The position numbers and the translations under genes are program-made. Positions 11,203-23,799 of a stretch of 64,000 nucleotides of DNA are shown here, piece after piece. The notes beneath the pieces were generated by a model. It did no database searches. It saw only the letters and a list, made by a program, of their open reading frames with translations, and was not told the DNA's origin. The stretch's first letter is position 1; every line of letters begins with the position of its first letter. The DNA is taken from contig CATNEN010000038.1 in assembly GCA_950097015.1 (NCBI GenBank), positions 6,014,001 to 6,078,000 of the forward strand, in the 5' to 3' direction. The stretch is from Macrostomum hystrix. Its lineage: Eukaryota > Animalia > Platyhelminthes.

Positions 11203-14200
11203 TAGCATGAATTAACGAGGGGAAGCATGAATTAACGAGGGGAAGCATGAATTAACGAGGGGAAGCATGAATTAACGAGGGGAAGCATGAATTAACGAGG
11301 GGTAGCATGAATTACCGAGGGAAAGCATGAATTAACGAGGGGTAGCATGAATTAACGAGGGGAAGCATGAATTAACGAGGAGAAGCATGAATTAACGAGG
11401 GGTAGCATGAATTACCGAGGGAAAGCATGAATTAACGAGGGAAAGCATGAATTAACGAGGGAAAGCATGAATTAACGAGGGAAAGCATGAATTAACGAGG
11501 GGTAGCATGAATTACCGAGAGAAAGCATGAATTAACGAGGGGAAGCATGAATTAACGAGGGGAAGCATGAATTACCGAGGGAAAGCATGAATTAACGAGG
11601 GAAGCATGAATTAACGAGGAGAAGCATGAATTAACGAGGGGAAGCATGAATTAACGAGGAGAAGCATGAATTAACGAGGGGAAGCATGAATTAACGAGGA
11701 GAAGCATGAATTAACGAGAAGAAGCATGAATTAACGAGGGAAAGCATGAATTACCGAGGGAAAGCATGAGTTAACGAAGGAAAGCATGAATTAACGAGGA
11801 GAAGCATGAATTAACGAGAAGAAGCATGAATTAACGAGGGAAAGCATGAATTACCGAGGGAAAGCATGAATTAACGAGGGAAAGCATGAATTACCGAGGG
11901 AAAGCATGAATTAACGAGGGGTAGCATGAATTACCGAGGGAAAGCATGAATTACCGAGGGAAAGCATGAATTAACGAGGGGAAGCATGAATTAACGAGGG
12001 GAAGCATGAATTACCGAGGGAAAGCATGAATTAACGAGGGGAAGCATGAATTAACGAGGAGAAGCATGAATTAACGAGGGGAAGCATGAATTAACGAGGA
12101 GAAGCATGAATTAACGAGGGGAAGCATGAATTAACGAGGAGAAGCATGAATTAACGAGAAGAAGCATGAATTAACGAGGGAAAGCATGAGTTAACGAGGG
12201 AAAGCATGAATTAACGAGGGAAAGCATGAATTAACGAGGGGTAGCATGAATTACCGAGGGAAAGCATGAATTATCGAAGGGAAGCATGAATTAACGCGGG
12301 AAAGCATGAGTTAACGAGGGGAAGCATGAATTACCGAGGAGAAGCATGAGTTAACGAGGGAAAGCATGAGTTAACGAGGGAAAGCATGAATTATCGAAGG
12401 GAAGCATGAATTAACGCGGGAAAGCATGAGTTAACGAGGGGAAGCATGAATTACCGAGGAGAAGCATGAGTTAACGAGGGAAAGCATGAATTAACGAGGG
12501 GAAGCATGAATTAACGAGGGGTAGCATGAATTACCGAGGGAAAGCATGAATTAACGAGGGGAAGCATGAATTAACGAGGGAAAGCATGAATTACCGAGGG
12601 GAAGCATGAATTAACGAGGGGAAGCATGAATTACCGAGGAGAAGCATGAGTTAACGAGGGAAAGCATGAATTACCGAGGGAAAGCATGAGTTAACGAGGG
12701 GAAGCATGAATTACCGAGGAGAAGCATGAGTTAACGAGGGAAAGCATGAGTTAACGAGGGGAAGCATGAATTAACGAGGGGAAGCATGAATTAACGAGGG
12801 GTAGCATGAATTACCGAGGGAAAGCATGAATTAACGAGGAGAAGCATGAATTAACGAGGAGAAGCATGAATTAACGAGGGGAAGCATGAATTAACGAGGA
12901 GAAGCATGAATTAACGAGAAGAAGCATGAATTAACGAGGGAAAGCATGAGTTAACGAGGGAAAGCATGAATTAACGAGGGGAAGCATGAATTAACGAGGG
13001 GAAGCATGAATTACCGAGGAGAAGCATGAATTACCGAGGAGAAGCATGAGTTAACGAGGGAAAGCATGAGTTAACGAGGGAAAGCATGAATTAACGAGGG
13101 GAAGCATGAATTAACGAGGGGAAGCATGAATTACCGAGGAGAAGCATGAGTTAACGAGGGAAAGCATGAATTAACGAGGGGAAGCATGAATTACCGAGGA
13201 GAAGCATGAATTACCGAGGAGAAGCATGAGTTAACGAGGGAAAGCATGAGTTAACGAGGGAAAGCATGAATTACCGAGGAGAAGCATGAGTTAACGAGGG
13301 GAAGCATGAATTACCGAGGAGAAGCATGAGTTAACGAGGGGAAGCATGAATTACCGAGGAGAAGCATGAGTTAACGAGGGGAAGCATGAATTACCGAGGA
13401 GAAGCATGAGTTAACGAGGGGAAGCATGAGTTAACGAGGGAAAGCATGAATTAACGAGGGGAAGCATGAATTACCGAGGGAAAGCATGAATTAACGAGGA
13501 GAAGCATGAGTTAACGAGGGAAAGCATGAATTACCGAGGAGAAGCATGAGTTAACGAGGGGAAGCATGAATTACCGAGGAGAAGCATGAGTTAACGAGGG
13601 GAAGCATGAATTACCGAGGAGAAGCATGAGTTAACGAGGGGAAGCATGAATTACCGAGGAGAAGCATGAGTTAACGAGGGGAAGCATGAGTTAACGAGGG
13701 AAAGCATGAATTAACGAGGGGAAGCATGAATTACCGAGGGAAAGCATGAGTTAACGAGGGGAAGCATGAATTACCGAGGAGAAGCATGAGTTAACGAGGG
13801 GAAGCATGAATTACCGAGGAGAAGCATGAGTTAACGAGGGAAAGCATGAATTAACGAGGGGAAGCATGAATTACCGAGGGAAAGCATGAGTTAACGAGGG
13901 AAAGCATGAGTTAACGAGGGAAAGCATGAATTACCGAGGAGAAGCATGAGTTAACGAGGGGAAGCATGAATTACCGAGGAGAAGCATGAGTTAACGAGGG
14001 GAAGCATGAATTACCGAGGAGAAGCATGAGTTAACGAGGGGAAGCATGAATTACCGAGGAGAAGCATGAGTTAACGAGGGAAAGCATGAATTAACGAGGG
14101 GAAGCATGAATTACCGAGGGAAAGCATGAGTTAACGAGGGAAAGCATGAGTTAACGAGGGGAAGCATGAATTAACGAGGGGAAGCATGAATTACCGAGGG

Positions 14201-17200
14201 AAAGCATGAGTTAACGAGGGGAAGCATGAATTACCGAGGAGAAGCATGAGTTAACGAGGGGAAGCATGAATTACCGAGGGAAAGCATGAATTAACGAGGG
14301 GAAGCATGAATTACCGAGGGAAAGCATGAATTACCGAGGAGAAGCATGAATTACCGAGGGAAAGCATGAGTTAACGAGGGAAAGCATGAATTACCGAGGA
14401 GAAGCATGAATTACCGAGGGAAAGCATGAATTAACGAGGGGAAGCATGAATTAACGAGGGGAAGCATGAATTACCGAGGGAAAGCATGAATTACCGAGGA
14501 GAAGCATGAGTTAACGAGGGGAAGCATGAATTACCGAGGAGAAGCATGAGTTAACGAGGGAAAGCATGAATTACCGAGGAGAAGCATGAATTAACGAGGG
14601 AAAGCATGAATTAACGAGGAGAAGCATGAGTTAACGAGGGGAAGCATGAATTACCGAGGAGAAGCATGAATTAACGAGGGGAAGCATGAATTAACGAGGG
14701 GAAGCATGAATTACCGAGGGAAAGCATGAATTAACGAGGGGAAGCATGAGTTAACGAGGGGAAGCATGAATTACCGAGGAGAAGCATGAGTTAACGAGGG
14801 AAAGCATGAGTTAACGAGGGGAAGCATGAATTAACGAGGGGAAGCATGAATTAACGAGGGGTAGCATGAATTACCGAGGGAAAGCATGAATTAACGAGGA
14901 GAAGCATGAATTAACGAGGAGAAGCATGAATTAACGAGGGGAAGCATGAATTAACGAGGAGAAGCATGAATTAACGAGAAGAAGCATGAATTAACGAGGG
15001 AAAGCATGAGTTAACGAGGGAAAGCATGAATTAACAAGGGGAAGCATGAATTAACGAGGGGAAGCATGAATTACCGAGGAGAAGCATGAATTACCGAGGA
15101 GAAGCATGAGTTAACGAGGGAAAGCATGAGTTAACGAGGGAAAGCATGAATTAACGAGGGGAAGCATGAATTAACGAGGGGAAGCATGAATTACCGAGGA
15201 GAAGCATGAGTTAACGAGGGAAAGCATGAATTAACGAGGGGAAGCATGAATTACCGAGGAGAAGCATGAATTACCGAGGAGAAGCATGAGTTAACGAGGG
15301 AAAGCATGAGTTAACGAGGGAAAGCATGAATTGCCGAGGGAAAGCATGAATTAACGAGGAGAAGCATGAGTTAACGAGGGAAAGCATGAATTACCGAGGA
15401 GAAGCATGAGTTAACGAGGGGAAGCATGAATTACCGAGGAGAAGCATGAGTTAACGAGGGGAAGCATGAATTACCGAGGAGAAGCATGAGTTAACGAGGG
15501 GAAGCATGAATTACCGAGGAGAAGCATGAGTTAACGAGGGGAAGCATGAGTTAACGAGGGAAAGCATGAATTAACGAGGGGAAGCATGAATTACCGAGGG
15601 AAAGCATGAGTTAACGAGGGGAAGCATGAATTACCGAGGAGAAGCATGAGTTAACGAGGGGAAGCATGAATTACCGAGGAGAAGCATGAGTTAACGAGGG
15701 AAAGCATGAATTAACGAGGGGAAGCATGAATTACCGAGGGAAAGCATGAGTTAACGAGGGAAAGCATGAATTACCGAGGAGAAGCATGAGTTAACGAGGG
15801 GAAGCATGAATTACCGAGGAGAAGCATGAGTTAACGAGGGGAAGCATGAGTTAACGAGGGAAAGCATGAATTAACGAGGGGAAGCATGAATTACCGAGGG
15901 AAAGCATGAGTTAACGAGGGGAAGCATGAATTACCGAGGAGAAGCATGAGTTAACGAGGGGAAGCATGAATTACCGAGGAGAAGCATGAGTTAACGAGGG
16001 AAAGCATGAATTAACGAGGGGAAGCATGAATTACCGAGGGAAAGCATGAGTTAACGAGGGAAAGCATGAGTTAACGAGGGGAAGCATGAATTAACGAGGG
16101 GAAGCATGAATTACCGAGGGAAAGCATGAGTTAACGAGGGGAAGCATGAATTACCGAGGAGAAGCATGAGTTAACGAGGGGAAGCATGAATTACCGAGGG
16201 AAAGCATGAATTAACGAGGGGAAGCATGAATTACCGAGGGAAAGCATGAATTACCGAGGAGAAGCATGAATTACCGAGGGAAAGCATGAGTTAACGAGGG
16301 AAAGCATGAATTACCGAGGAGAAGCATGAATTACCGAGGGAAAGCATGAATTAACGAGGGGAAGCATGAATTAACGAGGGGAAGCATGAATTACCGAGGG
16401 AAAGCATGAATTACCGAGGAGAAGCATGAGTTAACGAGGGGAAGCATGAATTACCGAGGAGAAGCATGAGTTAACGAGGGAAAGCATGAATTACCGAGGA
16501 GAAGCATGAATTAACGAGGGAAAGCATGAATTAACGAGGAGAAGCATGAGTTAACGAGGGGAAGCATGAATTACCGAGGAGAAGCATGAATTAACGAGGG
16601 GAAGCATGAATTAACGAGGGGAAGCATGAATTACCGAGGGAAAGCATGAATTAACGAGGGGAAGCATGAGTTAACGAGGGGAAGCATGAATTACCGAGGA
16701 GAAGCATGAGTTAACGAGGGAAAGCATGAATTAACGAGGGGAAGCATGAATTAACGAGGGGAAGCATGAATTACCGAGGGAAAGCATGAGTTAACGAGGG
16801 GAAGCATGAATTACCGAGGAGAAGCATGAGTTAACGAGGGAAAGCATGAATTACCGAGGGAAAGCATGAATTACCGAGGGAAAGCATGAGTTAACGAGGG
16901 AAAGCATGAATTAACGAGGGGAAGCATGAATTAACGAGGGGAAGCATGAATTACCGAGGGGAAGCATGAATTAACGAGGGGAAGCATGAATTAACGAGGA
17001 GAAGCATGAATTAACGAGGGGAAGCATGAATTAACGAGGAGAAGCATGAATTAACGAGAAGAAGCATGAATTAACGAGGGGAAGCATGAATTAACGAGGA
17101 GAAGCATGAATTAACGAGAAGAAGCATGAATTAACGAGGGGAAGCATGAATTACCGAGGGAAAGCATGAGTTAACGAGGGAAAGCATGAATTATCGAAGG

Positions 17201-17860
17201 GAAAGCATGAATTAACGGGGGAAAGCATGAATTAACGGGGGAAAGCATGAATTAACGGGGGAAAGCATGAATTAACGAGGGAAAGCATGAATTAACGGGG
17301 GAAAGCATGAATTAACGAGGGAAAGCATGAATTAACGAGGGAAAGCATGAGTTAACGAGGGAAAGCATGAATTAACGGGGGAAAGCATGAATTAACGAGG
17401 GGAAGCATGAATTAACGAGGGGAAGCATGAATTAACGAGGAGAAGCATGAATTAACGAGGGAAAGCATGAGTTAACGAGGGAAAGCATGAATTAACGGGG
17501 GAAAGCATGAATTAACGAGGGGAAGCATGAATTAACGAAGGGAAGCATGAATTAACGAGGAGAAGCATGAATTAACGGGGGAAAGCATGAATTAACGAGG
17601 GGTAGCATGAATTAACGGGGAGAAGCATGAATTAACGAGGAGAAGCATGAATTACCGAAGGGAAGCATGAATTAACGAGGGGAAGCATGAATTAACGGGG
17701 GAAAGCATGAATTATCGAGGGGGAGTCATGCATTATTTAGGGGAAAGATGAATTATTAATGAAAAAGCATGAATTAACGAGAAGAAGCATGAATTAACGA
17801 GGGGAAGCATGAATTAACGAGGAGAAGCATGAATTAACGAGGGAAAGCATGAATTATCGA
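11203..17860. repeat. 20-bp satellite GAAGCATGAATTAACGAGGG (~330 units) with higher-order duplication
   Basis: Directly visible; variant order in ~12.8-14.8 kb is repeated at ~14.8-16.7 kb. Confidence 0.98.
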
Positions 17861-18582
17861 GGGGCAGTCATGCATTTTTTAGGGGAAAGATGAATTATTA
17901 ATGAAAAGGCATGAATTATCGAGGTGGAAGCAAAATTTATTAAGGGGGTACAATGATTTATCAACCGGATTGCATAAATTATTAAGGGGTTTGCATTATT
18001 TATCGAAAGGGTCAGGGTGTATTATCGAGGGGTTGCATGATATATTGAGTAATTTTCTATCATCAACAGTTAAAAACGTAAGAACGGTTCGTAAAAGTTT
18101 TTTATTTTTATTTTTTAGGTTTCTGTTAATAGTAAGAGCTATTAATTATCTACTGCCAAAGCAAATATTTTTTGCTTAATTGCCCTTCTCGCTCTTAGAA
18201 AATAAAAAAAATATTTTTTGAGCGCTGCAGCAAGTTTTTTTCGATACAAAACTGAGTAAAGAATTTTCCGCCAGCGTTTTTAGATTCAAAAATATGAGAA
18301 AAGACTTTGAGCAAAGCTAATAGCCTATAGTTCATTTTTAATTGTAACGTTTTTTTCAAGCATTCTTGCAGGCGATGTTCCATAGGATTTAAAAATGTTA
18401 TATTCCAAACTAACAACTATTTTTCAGCATAGCTGCAAGCATAATCAGATTCAGAACTAGAAAAAAAATTATTGAAAGGATTGCATGAGATTTCCAGGAG
18501 AAAGAATGAGATTTTTTAGGTAATCGCATAGATGCTTTCAGGGGATTTTTTAAGACGATAGAATGATTTCTTAAAGAGAGTA

Positions 18583-19262
18583 GCATGACTTATCGAGGGG
18601 GAGCATGAACTATCAAGGGGAAAGCATGACTTATCGAGGGGGAGCATGAACTATCAAGGGGAAAGCATGACTTATCGAGGGGAAGCATGAACTATCAAGG
18701 GGAAAGCATGACTTATCGAGGGGGAGCATGAACTATCAAGGGGAAAGCATGACTTATCGAGGGGAAGCATGAACTATCAAGGGGAAAGCATGACTTATCG
18801 AGGGGGAGCATGAACTATCAAGGGGAAAGCATGACTTATCGAGGGGAAGCATGAACTATCAAGGGGAAAGCATGACTTATCGAGGGGAAGCATGAACTAT
18901 CAAGGGGAAAGCATGACTTATCGAGGGGAAGCATGAACTATCAAGGGGAAAGCATGACTTATCGAGGGGAAGCATGAACTATCAAGGGGAAAGCATGACT
19001 TATCGAGGGGGAGCATGAACTATCAAGGGGAAAGCATGACTTATCGAGGGGAAGCATGAACTATCAAGGGGAAAGCATGACTTATCGAGGGGAAGCATGA
19101 ACTATCAAGGGGAAAGCATGACTTATCGAGGGGAAGCATGAACTATCAAGGGGAAAGCATGACTTATCGAGGGGAAGCATGAACTATCAAGGGGAAAGCA
19201 TGACTTATCGAGGGGAAGCATGAACTATCAAGGGGAAAGCATGACTTATCGAGGGGGAGCAT
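18583..19262. repeat. 41-bp dimeric minisatellite, second type
   Basis: AGCATGACTTATCGAGGGG(G/A)-AGCATGAACTATCAAGGGGAA, about 16 copies. Confidence 0.95.
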
Positions 19263-19974
19263 GAGGGGGAGCAAAAATATTTGCTTCCCTGTTCGATATG
19301 ATGTTTCGTTTTCAAAATAACAATGCTTTTAGCTAGGATTATAATATCTTTTCCTAATTTTTTCATATAATATCGATTGCAGCATCGCTCGAAACACCTT
19401 TCTTTTGTTTTGAAAAGGGGACTTAGGGGACTTAGTTTTAGGAAAAGGGGACTTAGTTTTTAGCTGTGCTCAACATTATTTCTTCTCCTCGAAGTTCTGA
19501 ATCTGATAACGCTTGCAGCTATGCTCAGAAATGTTTTCATTTTGCTTAGTCCTGGTGTCGAAAAACACTAGCTGCTACACTGTTGATGATAGAAGATTAG
19601 AAGAAAAAGAAGCAGTTGAAGCTGATGCTGAAATTGGAGCTGCGTTCGGCGAAATAATAAAAGAACTTTACTTCGGAGCTAAATGAAAAGAAAGCGGCAC
19701 AATGATCGACGTCGAGACAAGGTTTGACAATATAAAGGCTGCAGTTTTCAGCAACAGAAAGGAGTAGGAGAGGTCTCGCTAGCATTGAGCATCATAAAAG
19801 CCCAATCTACTATGTTCGTTTTACTCATTCAAATCAAATCACCCAATCAAAATTGCTAAACTTCGGTCTCTGATGTACTGATCGTACCCGAGAAACGTTT
19901 CTAGTAGTTTATCGTTCAACTCTATCATTGGGGTCATTGCACTTCCACTAGTCGAGTTCTCGCTCTCGCACAAA

Positions 19975-20011
19975 CCAATGCCCCACCCGATTGGCTCAGC
20001 CGGCAGCCAAT
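19975..20011 (+). promoter_or_regulatory. Cluster of three CCAAT boxes, probable promoter of the neuropeptide gene
   Basis: CCAAT 19975, ATTGG 19990, CCAAT 20007 (32 bp between the same-strand boxes). They lie upstream of a probable non-coding exon ending at donor CAG|GTGAG (intron 20196-20658). Confidence 0.5.
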
Positions 20012-20672
20012 CGCGTTTCGTCTCTCTCTAAGTTAAAGAAATTCTCTAGAAAATGGCTTGACAACTGCTCCTGCCCCGATCGCTTCGGACGACTATCAGA
20101 CGGGTGGACGTTTAAAGAAAAATCTCATTGAGTCGCAATTCACACACGATTTTCAGAAGAACTGAAGTTCGACGAAATTTTCCCATAGCAACCAGGTGAG
20201 CTCTGAAAAAAACTGTGTGCTACGAATGCTCGACAATGGCAAAATGTGGCTGGATAAAATAGCTCGTAAAACGGCTACCTTTTTGTCCAATCCATAGCGG
20301 GGGTTAATTTTCAGAAAGCTTACTATACTAGAAGCTAAGCCAAGTAGAATAAAGTATTGACGAGACTGTCTGTGTCTAAATCGCTATCGAGGCTGGAAAT
20401 ACGCTCGTAGTTAGAATAAATAATTTTGGGCTGCAAATCTTGCACCAAAAGCTTGATGGATTTTAGTCTTACAAAAGCAGATCAGAGCTGGGCTTATCCA
20501 GCAGCAGTTCTAGTCAATATCTTCAATTGTAAATCGCTTCCAGGGGCCATGTCAGAATCAGTTTCTTCCTTTATTTTTGCTCATTTTGCAGAGTACTATG
20601 CATCGATCGTTATCTGCAAATAGTTTTGCTAATGGAGCTCTCTATTGGCTTCTTTCAGAACATTCGAACGTC

Positions 20673-21203
20673 ATGCGACTGCTTCTGCTTTCCTGGGCTG
20701 TGCTCTCCTGCGCCTTGATCGTCTCCAGCGAGATGCCAGCGGGACCTCAAGGCGCGTCAGATTCCAATGTAGATATCGAGTTCTCCGGTGCTCATGATGC
20801 AGAGAAGCGACCGAGCTCTGTCCGTCTGGGAAAGCGACCGAGCTTTGTCCGTCTGGGAAAGCGACCGAGCTTTGTCCGTCTGGGAAAGCGACCGAGCTTT
20901 GTCCGTCTGGGAAAGCGACCGAGCTTTGTCCGTCTGGGAAAGCGACCAAGCTTTGTCCGTCTGGGAAAGCGACCGAGCTTTGTCCGTCTGGGAAAGCGAC
21001 CGAGCTTTGTCCGTCTGGGAAAGCGACCGAGCTTTGTCCGTCTGGGAAAGCGACCGAGCTTTGTCCGTCTGGGAAAGCGACCGAGCTTTGTCCGTCTGGG
21101 AAAGCGACCGAGCTTTGTCCGTCTGGGAAAGCGACCGAGCTTTGTTCGTCTGGGAAAGCGACCGAGCTACCGCGAAGTATCAGAGGAGGAATCCGACTAC
21201 TAA
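20673..21203 (+). CDS. npp-1: Neuropeptide precursor (176 aa): signal peptide, 12x PSFVRLamide, 1x PSSVRLamide; flatworm npp-1/FxRIamide-like
   Basis: ATG 20673 follows acceptor TCTTTCAG (20658). Hydrophobic signal MRLLLLSWAVLSCALIVSS, acidic spacer, 13 KR-flanked peptides ending in Gly (amidation), acidic tail; AATAAA at 21253 and 21301. Confidence 0.93.
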   Translation: MRLLLLSWAVLSCALIVSSEMPAGPQGASDSNVDIEFSGAHDAEKRPSSVRLGKRPSFVRLGKRPSFVRLGKRPSFVRLGKRPSFVRLGKRPSFVRLGKRPSFVRLGKRPSFVRLGKRPSFVRLGKRPSFVRLGKRPSFVRLGKRPSFVRLGKRPSFVRLGKRPSYREVSEEESDY

Positions 21204-21456
21204 GAGTCATGCAGTGCACACAAGTGGCCATTGACAAAGCTCAGCTGTGCGGAATAAAACAAATAATCCTACCCGAATGTGTCCTATTTTCTGTTGAAAA
21301 AATAAACTTGCGACAAATTCGCCTGCATACCAGAGTCTGTGTGCGGTATTAATCATAAAACTACCGCACACTTGAATTTACCGCACGGCAATACGGGCTC
21401 GTATCTGATCTAGAATATTTAATTTCTAAATAGTATTGAACTTTGGTGGGAAATCT

Positions 21457-21625
21457 GGGGTTGAGTGACAGAGCCTGGCTAACGCGTTTGCCTCCTGAGG
21501 TAAAGGTAAACGCAGCTCAAGCATCAAGGTTCCTGAGCTGCGTTTGCCTGGTCAGAACTGCCTCCTCACTGGCTGCGTGACTTTTGTCACCAAAGATGTA
21601 CCAGTGCCCCTCAGCCCTCCTAAAA
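21457..21625 (+). mobile_element. Degenerate internally deleted SINE copy
   Basis: Head GGGGTTGAGTGACAGAGC..TAACGCGTTTGCCTC and 3' part TGTCACCAAAGATG..CAGCCCTC match the family. Confidence 0.6.
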
Positions 21626-22124
21626 ATAGTTGCATGTACCACGTCACCATTTTACAAGTAAATCTGATGCACAATTAAGTTCATTGCTTTGTGCCCACAA
21701 GAAGGTCAAAGTCAAACAAAGCCTCTGAAAATAGCGCCTAGGGCGAATCAATCCTAAATAGCCAACGAGTACAGTAGACGGCGAACTTGCTGTGCTCGTC
21801 TTAGAAATAATAGTCTTTTATGCTGCTCAAAGTCCCAGCGTTTATAACTTTGTTATTCTGGATCCGCTCGTAGTGATTTGGTTATCCCAAGCAAGCCCCG
21901 AGGTTCCCCCAAGAGTTATTCGACTATTTCTTCCCGACTTTGTCCTGAACACTGATGAAGAGATTTCTTAATCTGCTGGTCTATTATTTGGAAAGCGCCT
22001 AATAAAGCAATTAAATAAAAGAATCCATGCAGCCAGCCCCAAGCCTCTAAACATAAAGCTACAAGAAAGTACACCACCTCAACTTGCTGTTCCAGCGAAT
22101 CAGTCTGCCCGAAGTTCGTCGCAA

Positions 22125-22496
22125 GGGGGGTCAGTGGCAGAGCGGTTAACGCGTCAGGGACAGAAGTCCCTGGGCTCGATTCCGCGGCGAGGCCACACCT
22201 ATTTGGGGCGCAGCCGCGGAGAGAAGGTTTTTGCAATTAACGCACTTGAGGACCAACCTCCAAGGCACAGTTAGAGTTACGCTGCTTGACGATGAGAAAG
22301 TCAGGGCAGATGTACACACCTGTGTGAGTGTATACCTGCGCACGGTATCAGCGTGCGAGTGTGCTTAAGAATCAGCGGAATGGGCAGAATCACATCCTGG
22401 CTGGCTGCGGGCCTAGTGTCAACAAATGACAAGTTGGCGTTGCCCGCAGCCCTCTTGCAATTATTATTATTTTGTCTTTTTATTCTTTTTATTATT
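22125..22496 (+). mobile_element. tRNA-derived SINE, full length
   Basis: A/B boxes, (TTA)n tail, TSD AAGTTCGTC(G/T)CAA at 22112-22124 and 22497-22509. Confidence 0.88.
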
Positions 22497-22614
22497 AAGT
22501 TCGTCTCAATATTAAAAAGCACCAAAACATCGTTAAGGGTTGGTCGACTCCGCGTCTGCACTGCTCTGCGCTTAAATAACGATTTTCCTACGGTTGTTGG
22601 TGCCTGAGCGACAA

Positions 22615-22930
22615 GATGGGTGAAAGGCCTCTCGCACCAAGGTCCCTGAGCTCGATTCCGCGACGAGGCCATATTAATTAATGAAATTTGCTACCGCGCA
22701 GAAAAGGCTTGGTGGCTTTTTGTGCAATTCGCGCCTAATTTAGGGCCTAATTTAGGGCGTACGCCAAAGCTACGAGAGTCAGATTTGCAGATTTGCATGC
22801 TCTGAAGTGTGTTTTCTCAGGTGTCAGCCGAATTGGCGGAATCGCATCCACGCTGGCTGCAGGTCGACTGTCACCAAATGACGCAGCCGTTTTCACAGCA
22901 AATATCCTGTAAATATTATCTATTAATATC
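22615..22930 (+). mobile_element. Degraded SINE copy
   Basis: GCCTCTCGCACCAAGGTCCCTGAGCTCGATTCCGCG head and TGTCACCAAATGA 3' motif. Confidence 0.7.
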
Positions 22931-23799
22931 TGTCTTTTATATCAAGCAGGGTGAATAACGGAACAGCTGCATTTATCTGAGTTTTTTGCTCTGGTTTCTG
23001 AGTGACAAGGCTATTCAAGAGCTTGCTCGAACTTTTGGAATGTTTTAATAAAAAAACTAAACTGTCCAGCCACAATTAATGCTGATTTTACGCGGAAAAC
23101 TGCAAAGTTATCAGGGCACTCAAAATTAGCCGGCATTGTTTCTGTTGGATGCTAGAACATTCAGTTTAGGAATTGTGGAACAAAGACTAAGACACGAAAA
23201 TGCTCAGCGCATGACATAAACAAACAAGTGTTGAGTGACAAGCTACAAGCTGATAAACTGGGGGTCGGACTGTGGTCACGTCAGAAGAGAATGTCTGGTA
23301 GTCAGCTAGGACTACAGAATTGCTTGTAGGGGGTCCAAAAGCCAGCAAAAAATACTACACAGAAGCTTGCAAAGCGAGAGCCGAGAAAATTCTCAAAATT
23401 ATCGAAGCCGAAAATGAGCTATAAAAAAGTTCAGCAACGCGTCCATAAAACAGTCCTCCCGCTTAGGCGTTCCCTAGCAACAAGATTGCGATAGCGAGAG
23501 TAAAAAACGAAACAAAAAATGGAAAACAGTTTACACATCCCCATGGAATGCTGGAGTTTCATCGACATCATTCAGCAGCAGCTCCTACCTAGCGCCGGAT
23601 TTAGCGACAACCAAAAAGCGTTGAGAAGCTACGGGGCGAGACTTTCTACTCACAAGTAATCAATGCAGAAATTGCAATCGCGTAAAATTGTTTAAAAAGA
23701 CAAATTACCTACGCAGGATATGAGTAGTACGAGAAGGAAAACTTTGTCCTCTCTAGGTCCCGAAATTCAGCAGTATTGAAGCAACTGCTCAGGTTGGAA

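Noticed and set aside
20577-20672. N-terminal extension of the 208-aa ORF, and the overlapping ORFs at 20671 and 20788
   Set aside because: The extension starts at TTG inside the probable intron; the other frames are shadows of the 27-bp repeat.
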